Part shown: in pieces, positions 18,009-27,705 of the stretch
How positions within the stretch are numbered: position 1 is the stretch's first letter
Layout of the letters: each line of letters begins with the position of its first letter
From: a virus
Lineage: Duplodnaviria > Caudoviricetes
Length of the DNA: 53,938 nucleotides
IMG/VR virus record: IMGVR_UViG_3300048583_000290
Location: 1 to 53,938 of that record
Reading direction: 5' to 3' (one strand)
Notes under the pieces: model-generated
The model's database searches: none
What the model was told of the DNA's origin: nothing
The model's input: only the letters and a program-made list of their open reading frames with translations
Program-made: the position numbers and the translations under genes

Positions 18009-18187
18009 TGCTGGCCTGGCAGCGGGGTGAGCTGGTCTGCGCAGAGCTTCAGCCCCGGCAACGGCAACTTGTAAATGCTGCCGCGAGCGACTTCAATGAA
18101 ATCGCCCCAACCGGTGTCGCGCGCTTCAACGCAGAGAAGTCTCTCATCCTCTTGCGTAACGATGAAATCGCCTGCTTTGATGTTCAT
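18005..18187 (-). CDS. Hypothetical early protein
   Basis: GAAGGA RBS. Confidence 0.6.
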   Translation of the reverse strand: MNIKAGDFIVTQEDERLLCVEARDTGWGDFIEVARGSIYKLPLPGLKLCADQLTPLPGQQ

Positions 18188-18207
18188 TTCTGTTCCTTCT
18201 GGTCATT

Positions 18208-18260
18208 CAGCACCGCGCTGTTCGATAGCCTCTTATCCGCTATTTTTAATGATAGGCAAA
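18208..18260 (-). promoter_or_regulatory. Early promoter plus GCGGU leader hairpin
   Basis: TTGCCT...GATAAG, then CAGC-GCGGT-GCTG. Confidence 0.6.
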
Positions 18261-18341
18261 GCGTTTTTATTGCCCCGTCTCGCCCCTTCGCTATCCCTCG
18301 CGCCTAGCGTAACCCTCTGATTTCCCTCGTTTAGACAAGCC

Positions 18342-18701
18342 CTAAGCCCCTCGCGGCCCCTTCCGGGGCGATACCCGCGTCCCGGCGCTCGCGGCGCTTA
18401 GGGGGTGTTCTAGGCGGCCATCAGCGAGCTTGTCGAGCAATTCTTCAACCAGCACGTCCAAATCGGTGAGCCGCAGCAGCGAGCCTTTGGCCCTCAACTT
18501 TGCGGCTTCCATCAGCGCGGCGGCGAAAAGGTGGGCGCTCTTGTCTGCGTCCTCGATTTCATCTTCAAGCGCAGACACAGGGTCTTCAAAAAATTCTATG
18601 AACTCTCCCATAACGGTGCCGCCGCGCGCGTTGTTGACGACAATGGCCATCAACTGGCCGTTCCAGTAAATTTCATCGCCGATGAGTTGGGGCGCGGCCA
18701 T
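18342..18701 (-). CDS. Hypothetical protein
   Basis: TGATG coupling. Confidence 0.6.
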   Translation of the reverse strand: MAAPQLIGDEIYWNGQLMAIVVNNARGGTVMGEFIEFFEDPVSALEDEIEDADKSAHLFAAALMEAAKLRAKGSLLRLTDLDVLVEELLDKLADGRLEHPLSAASAGTRVSPRKGPRGA

Positions 18702-19702
18702 CAGTAAACAACCGCCGTGCGTCCGCGCAAATCGCCCATTTCTTCACTGCCCCTTTCATGAGCGTTAATCCAACGACGCCACATGACGTTTCCTTCAAAC
18801 TCGACACGCTCCCAATTGAGGGCGTTCGGTTGGCGCCGCAGGTAGCGGTAATGACCGCGCACATCATGGAGCCGTTTGCGCGCAGCATCCCTACAAGCAT
18901 TAAAAACAAATCGCTCATAGCTTGCGACTTTTTTGGGCACGCGCATCGTGATGTATTCAGGCACAGCTGCGCGGCGCGTGACGCCGTGAACAATCTTGCG
19001 ACCTGTCACATCGGACTGGATGCGCTCTGCCGGGCCGTTGAGCAGCGCCAAAAAGCTGATGACGTGGCGGGCGATGCCAGACGTTTCCTTGATGGTCTGC
19101 TGGAGCAACTTCACTTCGCGGTCATCGTGCGAGTTGACTGTTGAAATGCACATAATCTTGTTGCGCATCGGCTTCATGAACTTGGCAGTCTCTCGCTGCG
19201 TTGGCGCGTGTGTATAGCCCCAGCAACTGGCGTCATATTCCGGGCTGCCAATCGGGTGGCGACCGTCTTTGACGCGATACATCGCCTCGTCAACAACAAC
19301 GTCATTGTCGCCCGTTGATATCAGATATTTGAGAGGCCAAAGCAGGACTTTGCCGCTGCCGCGCACCGGGCCGATGCTGTCGATGACCTGAAATTGAAAC
19401 AGGTCGTCTGCCACCTTGGTGATGAGGGCACCGGATGTATCGACTTCATCGCCTTGGTGGCGCGACCCGCCGAATGACTCGCGGTATGAACCCATATTGT
19501 ATTCAATGAATATTTCGTCATACGGAAGGTGCGCCATTTTGCGCAACTCGTTCATCCGCTCCGGCAAGTTGGTGCGCAGAGCCGCCAGAGCCGCAAGCCC
19601 GCTGTCCCGGATGACAAATTTCTTGGCGCGGCTGACTGCCGGCGCTACATTCATCTTGAATGCGTATGACGCTGGGTGCGATGCAAGGTCAGCCAAAAGC
19701 AT
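18701..19702 (-). CDS. Phage protein of unknown function
   Basis: AGGAG RBS; C-terminal RLHDVRGHYR...WINAHERG motif. Confidence 0.75.
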   Translation of the reverse strand: MLLADLASHPASYAFKMNVAPAVSRAKKFVIRDSGLAALAALRTNLPERMNELRKMAHLPYDEIFIEYNMGSYRESFGGSRHQGDEVDTSGALITKVADDLFQFQVIDSIGPVRGSGKVLLWPLKYLISTGDNDVVVDEAMYRVKDGRHPIGSPEYDASCWGYTHAPTQRETAKFMKPMRNKIMCISTVNSHDDREVKLLQQTIKETSGIARHVISFLALLNGPAERIQSDVTGRKIVHGVTRRAAVPEYITMRVPKKVASYERFVFNACRDAARKRLHDVRGHYRYLRRQPNALNWERVEFEGNVMWRRWINAHERGSEEMGDLRGRTAVVY

Positions 19703-19831
19703 TGTGCGCTCCTGCAAAAAGGTGCCCGGCTTTATGAGCCGCCAGCCGGGCATGGCGTCGGTTGTGCAGCAACAACTTCAACGGCAGCAGGGAAGGATTC
19801 ACCACTCTCTGCCTCAGTCGCTGCTGCGCGC

Positions 19832-19927
19832 TCAACTCTGGCCGGTCAAGGCAAAACCAAAGACCAGCAATACCCAAAAAACGATGAAAATGGCAAAACA
19901 ACCGAGCACTTCGCCAAAGCTCTTCAT
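19832..19927 (-). CDS. 31-aa membrane peptide (not in ORF track)
   Basis: TAATG coupling; a single TM segment. Confidence 0.5.
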   Translation of the reverse strand: MKSFGEVLGCFAIFIVFWVLLVFGFALTGQS

Positions 19928-20184
19928 TATTTGATTCTCCAAACCAGCAAAAGGTTGCCTTCGCGCAGCGTGCGAAATTTGTATCCGCGCGGATGCTCTT
20001 TGTTGCACTCGTAAATGCGCGAGCGAATGATGCGCGCTTCACGGTCGCTGACTTCATACTCGCCTTGCGCGGCACGCGGCAACCCCATGATGCTGTTCAT
20101 TGTTCCGGGGATGGCGCTCGCGGCTTTGGCGGGCCGCGATACACGATTGGCGAAGTCTGCCGGGCTGAAATACTGTGTAGCCAT
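19927..20184 (-). CDS. Hypothetical protein
   Basis: TAATG coupling; C-terminal LLVWRI. Confidence 0.65.
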   Translation of the reverse strand: MATQYFSPADFANRVSRPAKAASAIPGTMNSIMGLPRAAQGEYEVSDREARIIRSRIYECNKEHPRGYKFRTLREGNLLLVWRIK

Positions 20185-20654
20185 TATGCCGCCTTCTCGA
20201 CAATCCAGATGGTCTTGATGCGCAGCGCCCGGTTGACCGACCAATCGTGAAGCTGGTTGTCCTTGAACGCTGCGACGTGCGTTTCGCTGAACCAGAGCGA
20301 AGTCTTGAACCCGGCGAAACAGTGCGCGAAGCGGCGCGGATGATGCGTCGTGATGCTCTTGAGGTTGCAGTGGACGCCGGGATAGGTGGCAATCATCCTC
20401 TGGATGTCAGAGTGCCCAAAGCGGGTGATGCGGAAGCCCAAAGCGAGCAGTGCCGCCTCGGTGTGTTCCCGATAGGTGCCGCGCCCATCGATGCGGCCAG
20501 CCTTCTTCAGCGCCGCGTGGCAAACATCGTATTCAAGGCCGGTGACGACCGCGAGTGCGACGACCGCGCAATCGTTTGTTTCAGAGAGCTTGCTGCTGCG
20601 CTCCCGTGCCTGGGTGTAATGGTCAGTGAAGCCAATCGGCTGAATGCGAGCCAT
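20184..20654 (-). CDS. Possible Cys/His papain-like protein
   Basis: NDCAVVALA...HVAAF; GAAGGA RBS. Confidence 0.55.
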   Translation of the reverse strand: MARIQPIGFTDHYTQARERSSKLSETNDCAVVALAVVTGLEYDVCHAALKKAGRIDGRGTYREHTEAALLALGFRITRFGHSDIQRMIATYPGVHCNLKSITTHHPRRFAHCFAGFKTSLWFSETHVAAFKDNQLHDWSVNRALRIKTIWIVEKAA

Positions 20655-20672
20655 ATTCCGTTCCTTCCGAAG

Positions 20673-20734
20673 CTGGAAACGACACCGCGTCGCCTCCAGT
20701 CCCTCGCTTATCGGCCCTTTTTCTTGCGAAGCAA
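20673..20734 (-). promoter_or_regulatory. Early promoter plus GCGGU leader hairpin
   Basis: TTGCTT...GATAAG, then CTGGAGGCGAC-GCGGT-GTCGTTTCCAG. Confidence 0.7.
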
Positions 20735-20853
20735 ACAGGTTTTATTGATAGACTCAAAAATTTCTTTGATAGGCGGTCGTTTTTCTTGTCTAAACGCTTG
20801 CTCTGCGTCGTGGCCGCCGCCCCGCCCTATAGAGACGGCCACGCGCCGAACAA

Positions 20854-22299
20854 CTAAAACACGCCGTCTATCACTTGCAGCGCTGTGCCTTCCTTGGCTT
20901 GCAGTGCGGCGGCGATACGTTCATCAATCGTGTCAACAGCCACCAAGTCAATGTAAATGACGTTCGATTTGGTTCCAATTCGATGGCACCTGTCCTCGCT
21001 CTGAAGCCGCTGTTCCAGATTGAAGGTGTTGCTGAAATAGATGGCTGTCTGCGCGGCTGTGAGCGTCAACCCGACACCTGCGGTCGATGGATTGCCGATG
21101 AAGAAGCGAGCCTTGCCAGACTGAAAATCGTCAATCGCCGTTTCACGGTCGCCTTTGCTGGTGCCGCCGTGGTATTGAACGAATGGCTCTTTCATTTCGG
21201 TCAGCAGTTCAGCAATCGCGGCCAGCTCTGCGCGGAACCCGGCCCAGATGATGACTTGCCCTTCAACGTCTTCAAGCACTTCCTTGAGCGCTGCCATTCG
21301 AGCACCACCATCTTCCAAAGCGACCGGCTCACCGTCTTTCAAAATATAGCCGGATGCCGCCTGCCGCAGCTTTGTGATGACGGTCAGTGCCGTGAAGACA
21401 TCAATGTCGGTATCGGAATGCTGGAAGCGCAGCGTGCTGGCCAATGCGTCATACGCGGCTCGGTGCGACGGCCCCAGTTCAAAATACTGCGTCTTGTAAA
21501 TTTTTGCCGGCAGGTCGAGACAATCCTCTTTGCGAACGCGATACATGTATGGCCGCAGCCTCTCGTGAAGGCGGTCGAGATTGCGATACATCGGATTGCC
21601 GTTCCGGTCACGCTGGATGACGAGCGGCTCACCGCGTTTGCCGCGCGCAATGGCTTGATACAACTGGCTGCTCTTGTCGAGCAGAACGGCATATTCTGAG
21701 ACAAACGCCCGGAACGAGTTGGTTCCAAGCAGGCCGTGCCGCAGGAATTGAAACTGCGAGAACAAATCCTGCGGCCCCTGCGTCAACAACGTCCCGCTCG
21801 CAATTCGCCGTGAAACAGAAAGCGGTGCCAAATCGCTGATTTTCTGCGTGCGGACAGCATCCTTGTTCTTGATGCGCTGGCTTTCATCGATGACCAGCAT
21901 GCACTTGTGCGTGCGCAGAAACCGCTCGGCAATCTCGCGGCCCTTCACCGTCGAAATGGCATCGACGTTCATCGTGAGGATTGCCAACCGCTCCCCCGGC
22001 TTCATAAGGGCTTCAATCCGGCCCAGCAAAATTTTTCCGGCACCGGATGAATAAGCCGCGCCCGCCCAAGGGATGCTCAAGTGCGTCGGTGCCTCGCGGC
22101 GTATCCAGTTGGTGTGGACGCCTTTTGGAGCAATGACCAGCAATCCGCGAACGCCACGGTGCAGAAATTGACGCTCCGCATCGTTGAGAAGCATCCACGT
22201 TTTGCCAGTGCCTTGCTCGCAGGCCAGCGCATAAAAGTCTGGCATTGAGTCCAGCAATTCTTGTGCCGTGAGCTGGTGCTCCATCGGGGCCGTTTTCAT
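20854..22299 (-). CDS. SNF2-family helicase
   Basis: EQGTGKT, VIDES, SGT, GVGLTL, QSEDRCHRIG. Confidence 0.92.
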   Translation of the reverse strand: MKTAPMEHQLTAQELLDSMPDFYALACEQGTGKTWMLLNDAERQFLHRGVRGLLVIAPKGVHTNWIRREAPTHLSIPWAGAAYSSGAGKILLGRIEALMKPGERLAILTMNVDAISTVKGREIAERFLRTHKCMLVIDESQRIKNKDAVRTQKISDLAPLSVSRRIASGTLLTQGPQDLFSQFQFLRHGLLGTNSFRAFVSEYAVLLDKSSQLYQAIARGKRGEPLVIQRDRNGNPMYRNLDRLHERLRPYMYRVRKEDCLDLPAKIYKTQYFELGPSHRAAYDALASTLRFQHSDTDIDVFTALTVITKLRQAASGYILKDGEPVALEDGGARMAALKEVLEDVEGQVIIWAGFRAELAAIAELLTEMKEPFVQYHGGTSKGDRETAIDDFQSGKARFFIGNPSTAGVGLTLTAAQTAIYFSNTFNLEQRLQSEDRCHRIGTKSNVIYIDLVAVDTIDERIAAALQAKEGTALQVIDGVF

Positions 22300-22514
22300 G
22301 ATATTGAGTCCAATTCCGTGTTGAGACCACCGTTTGTTGGCAACTCAGCCATGCCAACGAGGACAGCCGCGCGATTGCCTAGCGGAGTGCGCAGTGACTT
22401 GTTTTCAGCTTCCGTTCTGCCATAATGGGTGAACGTCTGCGACCGCACAACATCGCAGATGAATGCTTCAAGCGCCGATATGCGAGCTTGCAATTGCGCG
22501 ACTGTTTCGCTCAT
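22296..22514 (-). CDS. Hypothetical protein
   Basis: ATGA-coupled on both sides. Confidence 0.6.
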   Translation of the reverse strand: MSETVAQLQARISALEAFICDVVRSQTFTHYGRTEAENKSLRTPLGNRAAVLVGMAELPTNGGLNTELDSIS

Positions 22515-22915
22515 TGGATGCCTTCGCTCTTCAAAAATGCCTCAACGGTGTCGAATTGCTCGATTTGGTCAAGGTGGTGAAAGACAGTCTCGCGCGGCCC
22601 GATGATTGTCAAACGCTTTCCCAAACCTAGCGCGATGCCAAATTCGATGTGCCGCCCGCCGCGACCGTTGCTTCTGGGCTCTTCCATCAGCGAAATCATC
22701 CAGTCGCAAGCCAGAACGTCATCAACGTCCTCCATTGCAAATCGGCGACGTTCGGAATCAGCCGCTTGGTCTGAAGTGCCAGTGGGAATGACGTGGTCAT
22801 CACCCGGCTTCACCCATCGGCTCGTGATGCTATGGCCGCGCATTTGAAGCAGTTTGGCGAGCGCGTGGCATTCATGCCGACGACTGAAGCGTGCTGCAAT
22901 ATAAATTGCGCTCAT
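22511..22915 (-). CDS. Nucleoside 2-deoxyribosyltransferase-like (NDT/DNPH1) N-glycosidase
   Basis: IYIAARF...DVDDVLACD...GGRHIEFGIALGLGK. Confidence 0.75.
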   Translation of the reverse strand: MSAIYIAARFSRRHECHALAKLLQMRGHSITSRWVKPGDDHVIPTGTSDQAADSERRRFAMEDVDDVLACDWMISLMEEPRSNGRGGRHIEFGIALGLGKRLTIIGPRETVFHHLDQIEQFDTVEAFLKSEGIQ

Positions 22916-23259
22916 TGCTTGTCGGCCCGTTCCTGCGCGGCGGCATCACTGTAGCCCAGCGAGGCATAACGCTTGCTGAGCTTGGCGATGTTGTGCGCGA
23001 TGGTCTGCTCGCGGGTGATGCCGAGCCGCTGGCGCAACTGCTCCATATAGAATTCCATATCGCCCAATTCTTCGATGACGTTCTCGATGTCGAGCGGCTT
23101 GTTGTAGATGACATGCTTTTTGATGCCATCGAGCAATTCGCCAGCCTCACCGCTGATGCCCATAATCGCGTGGATGAGGTCAACCGACCCAACAGACAGC
23201 GTTGCCCGGATGTCTTCCGGCGGCTTGACAAGTGCTTCAACCAAGTCAGCGTGCTTCAT
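22912..23259 (-). CDS. MazG-like NTP pyrophosphohydrolase
   Basis: GEAGELLD..KK...EELGD..FY...NIAKLSKRY. Confidence 0.88.
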   Translation of the reverse strand: MKHADLVEALVKPPEDIRATLSVGSVDLIHAIMGISGEAGELLDGIKKHVIYNKPLDIENVIEELGDMEFYMEQLRQRLGITREQTIAHNIAKLSKRYASLGYSDAAAQERADKQ

Positions 23260-23650
23260 TGATAATTCCCCATATCTTTTGCCAATTGGCGTGGTAAGGT
23301 GTAAACTGAGTGTTCGTCCAGTGAACTGCCTCTGCGACAAATTTGCCCGGAACGAATGAAATGATACCAGCACTGTCGCGTATCAACAGCCAGCTTTTGG
23401 TGCCCATTGATGCCGCTTTGATGTGCCAGTTTATTTGGTCGATACGCAAATCCTTTCCCAAAACAGGTGTCGTGTCCCTCACTGGTCGCTGCGGCGCTTT
23501 CAACTCAACCCAGCAATCGCAACCAGAAAGGCTCTTTGCCAGAACGTCCGGCATCCCCGGCCCCAGACCATTTTCAACGCGCTGCAGCCACATGTCAGTC
23601 GGCGCTTGCCGCTTCATCGTGTCCCAGAGCTTTTGTTCTTGCTGGCGCAT
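23246..23650 (-). CDS. VRR-NUC / PD-(D/E)xK nuclease (resolvase-like)
   Basis: RVEN...GMPDV...WVELK...QINW. Confidence 0.8.
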   Translation of the reverse strand: MRQQEQKLWDTMKRQAPTDMWLQRVENGLGPGMPDVLAKSLSGCDCWVELKAPQRPVRDTTPVLGKDLRIDQINWHIKAASMGTKSWLLIRDSAGIISFVPGKFVAEAVHWTNTQFTPYHANWQKIWGIINEAR

Positions 23651-26427
23651 TATTTGAACATCTCATCGTTGGTCAAGCACTTGACTTTTTCAACGCTGAA
23701 CATACCGAATTGGGCGAGCCATTTGCCGCGAACCAATAGCCAGTCCTCACCCGGCTTGGCGCGGTCAGCAATCTTGACCCCGGTGCTGAGCCAATCGCGG
23801 CGATTGATGCGCAGAAGGGCTGGCTTGCTGACAGAGTCATCAACGCAGTGAACGTCGGCAAAGAGCGTCTGGCCTTTCATCACGTTGCCGCGCCGATTGA
23901 TGCGGACAGCTTCATTCTCATCCCGCCTATCGACACGTTCGACCCGGCAAATGACGACCGCACTTTCCATATCTGCCAGTTCGCCAAATTCTTTGATGCG
24001 GCCCCTTATATTGTATTCGGCAGGGTTGTCATACATATGCTGCCAACGGGTGTGCGCGGGCCGCAGGTCGGCAAACTTGATTGTTGCGTTGGCAATCTGC
24101 TCCAGTTGTTTGGCGGTCAGCGTTCCGGTGTCGCGTGCCTCGCGCAGTTTCGCGGCTTTGACGTCACCGACGCCGACCATGTTCTTGAAGCCGCCAATAA
24201 TCTTGGTGTCGGTCGCAACCCAATCATCGCTGCTCAACTCCAAGCTGAACGGGATAACTTCAATGCCTTCCGCTGCCAGCTCACGCAACGTCTCGATGGT
24301 CTGCTCATCGTCTTTTGCGGCCCGCAGCAGAGCCGCAGCAAACTTGAGTGGGTGGTGAGCTTTGAGCCACATCGTCCAGTATGCGATGATTGCATAGCTG
24401 ACCGTGTGCGATTTGTTCATCCCCCACGCACCGAAGGTCACCAAAGACTTCCACAGGGCGGCGGCTGATTGCTCTTCAATTCCATTCTCTGCGGCACCGG
24501 CCATGAATGCCTTGCCCTTGGTGTTGAAGTATTCCGGGCCTTTGCTGCCGCTCATTGCCTTGCGAATTTCAGAAACTTCCGCCCAGCCCATCTTTCCGAT
24601 TTCAAAGCAGATGCGCATCACCTGCTCTTGATAGATGACGACGCCCTGCGTTTCGCCCAAATACTCTTTCATCGATGGATGAACATACACCACAGGCTCT
24701 TTGCCGTTGAGGCGCTGCATGTAAGTATTGGTCGCACCGCCAGCCATCGGCCCCGGTCGCGCCAAAGCGGTCACGTGGTCGATTTGACTAAACCTGTCAT
24801 AGTGCATCTGGGCGCTGACGCGGCGCTGCGATTTGCCTTCAAACTGGAAGATGCCGGCAAATCGCTGGACATTGAGGATGTCAAAGGCCGCAACTTCATC
24901 GAGCGGCAACCGATACAGCTCTTCAGCGGTCACGACCCCGGCATCTTCGATGACGCCAAGAGTGCGCAATCCGAGAACGTCAATCTTGAGCAAGTCCAGA
25001 TGCCCGGACATTTCCTTGTCAACGTGAGCAACGCCATCACGCACGGTGCAATATTGGGTTATCAAAGTTTCAGACACCAGCAAGCCAGCTGCGTGAACCG
25101 ATGTGTGGCTTGGATGCCCTTCAAGGTCGGCCATCACCCTCGCCTCTGGGAACAGCTTTGCGAATTTGCGGCCATTTTCTGTTTCATTCAGAGTGTCCTC
25201 AAGCCCCTTGCCATAGCGTGAGTCGCCCGATGAATGCTCAATCAGAACGTCTGCGACAGCATAGGTATCTTTGGCCGGGATGCCCATCTTTTTGCCAACG
25301 TGGTTGAGCACCGACCGACTTTGAAGGCGGCTGATGTTGCCGAGGCGCGCAACATTGTCTTTGCCATACTTTTCTGCCATATAGTCAAAAACCATATAGC
25401 GATGTTGGTCGCTGAAGTCGATGTCAATATCAGGCAAATCGCTGCGCGTCACGTCGATGAAGCGTTCAAACAGGAGATTGTGAACGAGCGGGTCAACTTC
25501 CGTTATGCGAGCCAGATAGCAGACAAGGCTGCCGGCAGACGAGCCGCGCGCTGGGCCAACAATCATCCGCTCTTTGGCCCAGCGCACCATATCGCCGACG
25601 ACCAAAAAGTAGCTTTCATAAGCCTTCTGGGCAATCACATCCATTTCGCGTTGAAGGCGAGCTTCATACGCTGGCGTCCATTCCTTGATATGCCCTGCTT
25701 CTAGCCGATATGCCTGACCGACACGGACTTCATCCCAAAGGTTGCCCGGCACCGATATGATTGGGGCTTTGGCGAGGCGCTGGCCGCGCAATCGTTCGCC
25801 AATTTCCTGCGTATGGCCTACAGCAAAGTCCCACTGCTTGTCAGTCAAAAACCAATAGGCGGAACGCAATTCATCCATGTTGAGAACGTGCTGCGGCGTC
25901 ATCCGTTTGTTGTCATCCCACGCCAGATATTTGAACTTATCCGCTGCCGTTGGATAGTCATTCGTTGGGGCCAGAACGAGCGGCTTGCCTGTTGATTCAG
26001 AAAGGCCGATTGCGTGGCGTGCCATCAACCGCGAGTGAATGTCAATATCAACGTAATCAAAGTGGGCCGGGTCGGTTAGGGCCGCGCCCGCGAAAACGAT
26101 AGTCCCGGCGCGCGACGTTAGCCGCTCCGGGCCGAAAGGAACCGCCGACGATAGGAGATAGCCCGCCCGCGTATCGGTCGCTATAGCCCACGCTAGGGGC
26201 TTCCGTTCGTCATTTTCGTTAGGGAAGCTAAAAGTGAAACCAAAACCCGGTTCGATGCCGACCTTGAGGCAAGCGATTTCATGAGGAACGTGCCCCCAAG
26301 TGCCATCATCGTCAACTAGGGCAACGGCGGTGTATCCGGCATCCTTAGCTGCGCTCGCAAGCGCGTGTGGTGTGCCAAATGCTTTGCGGAAACTATATCC
26401 AGAACGGCCACGCAATAACGGTATCAA
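23650..26427 (-). CDS. dnaE: DNA polymerase III alpha-like (family C), degenerate PHP domain
   Basis: GPARGSSAGSLVCY, LLFERF, catalytic PDIDID, HAAG, LLKIDVLGL, MNKSH..SY. Confidence 0.95.
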   Translation of the reverse strand: MIPLLRGRSGYSFRKAFGTPHALASAAKDAGYTAVALVDDDGTWGHVPHEIACLKVGIEPGFGFTFSFPNENDERKPLAWAIATDTRAGYLLSSAVPFGPERLTSRAGTIVFAGAALTDPAHFDYVDIDIHSRLMARHAIGLSESTGKPLVLAPTNDYPTAADKFKYLAWDDNKRMTPQHVLNMDELRSAYWFLTDKQWDFAVGHTQEIGERLRGQRLAKAPIISVPGNLWDEVRVGQAYRLEAGHIKEWTPAYEARLQREMDVIAQKAYESYFLVVGDMVRWAKERMIVGPARGSSAGSLVCYLARITEVDPLVHNLLFERFIDVTRSDLPDIDIDFSDQHRYMVFDYMAEKYGKDNVARLGNISRLQSRSVLNHVGKKMGIPAKDTYAVADVLIEHSSGDSRYGKGLEDTLNETENGRKFAKLFPEARVMADLEGHPSHTSVHAAGLLVSETLITQYCTVRDGVAHVDKEMSGHLDLLKIDVLGLRTLGVIEDAGVVTAEELYRLPLDEVAAFDILNVQRFAGIFQFEGKSQRRVSAQMHYDRFSQIDHVTALARPGPMAGGATNTYMQRLNGKEPVVYVHPSMKEYLGETQGVVIYQEQVMRICFEIGKMGWAEVSEIRKAMSGSKGPEYFNTKGKAFMAGAAENGIEEQSAAALWKSLVTFGAWGMNKSHTVSYAIIAYWTMWLKAHHPLKFAAALLRAAKDDEQTIETLRELAAEGIEVIPFSLELSSDDWVATDTKIIGGFKNMVGVGDVKAAKLREARDTGTLTAKQLEQIANATIKFADLRPAHTRWQHMYDNPAEYNIRGRIKEFGELADMESAVVICRVERVDRRDENEAVRINRRGNVMKGQTLFADVHCVDDSVSKPALLRINRRDWLSTGVKIADRAKPGEDWLLVRGKWLAQFGMFSVEKVKCLTNDEMFK

Positions 26428-26948
26428 ATTAACACCCCTGCCATCTTGCAAACTTCGACCAGCGCCTCAACGTCATCCAATGCGCGGTGAGTCTGGTTGA
26501 GCGGCTTCCCAGTATAATGCTCATACAGAGTCACCAGCTTTGGTCGAAAGCCCCAGAGCGGCAAATGCTCTTGAACAGTGCAGAGCCGCCGCTCTGGCCA
26601 AGGCACCGTAACGCCGATGCGCGCAGCATCAAGCTCGACCATCATCGTGTCGAACGGCAGATTGTGGGCAATCGCTTGGCCGCAGCCTAACATATATGCC
26701 TCAATCTGCGGCCAGACTTCTTCAAAGCTAGGTTTGCCTTCGAGCATTTCGTTGGTGATGCCGGTGATTTTGGTAATTTCCTCGGTCACCATCATGCCCG
26801 GATTAACGAGCAGAGTCAAGCTATCTTTCACAATGCCTTCTGCATCGCACCGGACGGCGGCAAACTCGATGATGCGCGGCTGGACAGCATCCTTGGCATT
26901 CGGATGCTTTGTCAGCCCGGTTGTTTCGGTATCAAAAACCAAGTTCAT
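26424..26948 (-). CDS. dnaQ: DEDDh 3'-5' exonuclease (DnaQ/epsilon-like)
   Basis: FDTETTG, AHNLPFD, HRALDD. Confidence 0.92.
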   Translation of the reverse strand: MNLVFDTETTGLTKHPNAKDAVQPRIIEFAAVRCDAEGIVKDSLTLLVNPGMMVTEEITKITGITNEMLEGKPSFEEVWPQIEAYMLGCGQAIAHNLPFDTMMVELDAARIGVTVPWPERRLCTVQEHLPLWGFRPKLVTLYEHYTGKPLNQTHRALDDVEALVEVCKMAGVLI

Positions 26949-27700
26949 CAGGAGTTTTCCAGAATAAGGCTTTCCAGCATTGCGGCATAGACGCCGATGT
27001 CGTGAGCGCTGTCGGCATGATTCAGGCCGCCAGTAGCGAGCCGAGACATCTTGACGGCAATCATCAGGAACACACCGAATTGATTGCTGTGAAGCTGCGC
27101 TGGCTCGATGCCGTGCGGAAACAACGCTGCCATGAGCGGCCCGAACGCCTTGTAGTTGCCACCATAAGTCTTGTTGCGCTCGCGGAACACCGCTGCCATA
27201 TCGTCCAGCAGGGTGTCAGGCGTTCGCACTCGTTTTGGCTTCGATGGCGTGACAAAATGCTCTGGGCCGTGAATTGCGAGCACTTCAGCTTTGTAACCAG
27301 CCGCGCGATACGCTTCAACAACTTCTGCCCGGTCATCGTAGCACATAATGATGTCAGAGTGCGGAACGCCGTTCATCGAAAGGTGCTTGCCGAGCACGGC
27401 CACTTTGAACTCGGAGGTTTTGCGGAAATCGTCATTTTTCCGCATCAACAGCTCATCGCTGATGCCCCAAAGCCCTTTCTGCTGCAGCCACGTTTCTGTG
27501 CTGGAGCGATATTTGACTGTGCGGCCAGTCAACCAGATGATGGCCGCGCCAGACACCCGCGCAGCGCTCAGAACGTCGGAGTGATGATAATCGTCATCGA
27601 TGTGCTTGGAGTGGTATGCGTCATACCCTTCAGCCAGAAGCGGACGCCGATGCATGTCGTCAGCCACGCAATTGTCGATGTCAAAGACATAATATCGCAA
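26948..27700 (-). CDS. HAD phosphatase fused to an all-alpha pyrophosphatase-like (DUF6378-like) domain
   Basis: FDIDNC, LTGR, LMR..DD.R...FK, YDDR; C-terminal RNKTYG...KMSR...DSAHDIGVYAAM. Confidence 0.75.
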   Translation of the reverse strand: MRYYVFDIDNCVADDMHRRPLLAEGYDAYHSKHIDDDYHHSDVLSAARVSGAAIIWLTGRTVKYRSSTETWLQQKGLWGISDELLMRKNDDFRKTSEFKVAVLGKHLSMNGVPHSDIIMCYDDRAEVVEAYRAAGYKAEVLAIHGPEHFVTPSKPKRVRTPDTLLDDMAAVFRERNKTYGGNYKAFGPLMAALFPHGIEPAQLHSNQFGVFLMIAVKMSRLATGGLNHADSAHDIGVYAAMLESLILENS

Positions 27701-27705
27701 TGGAC

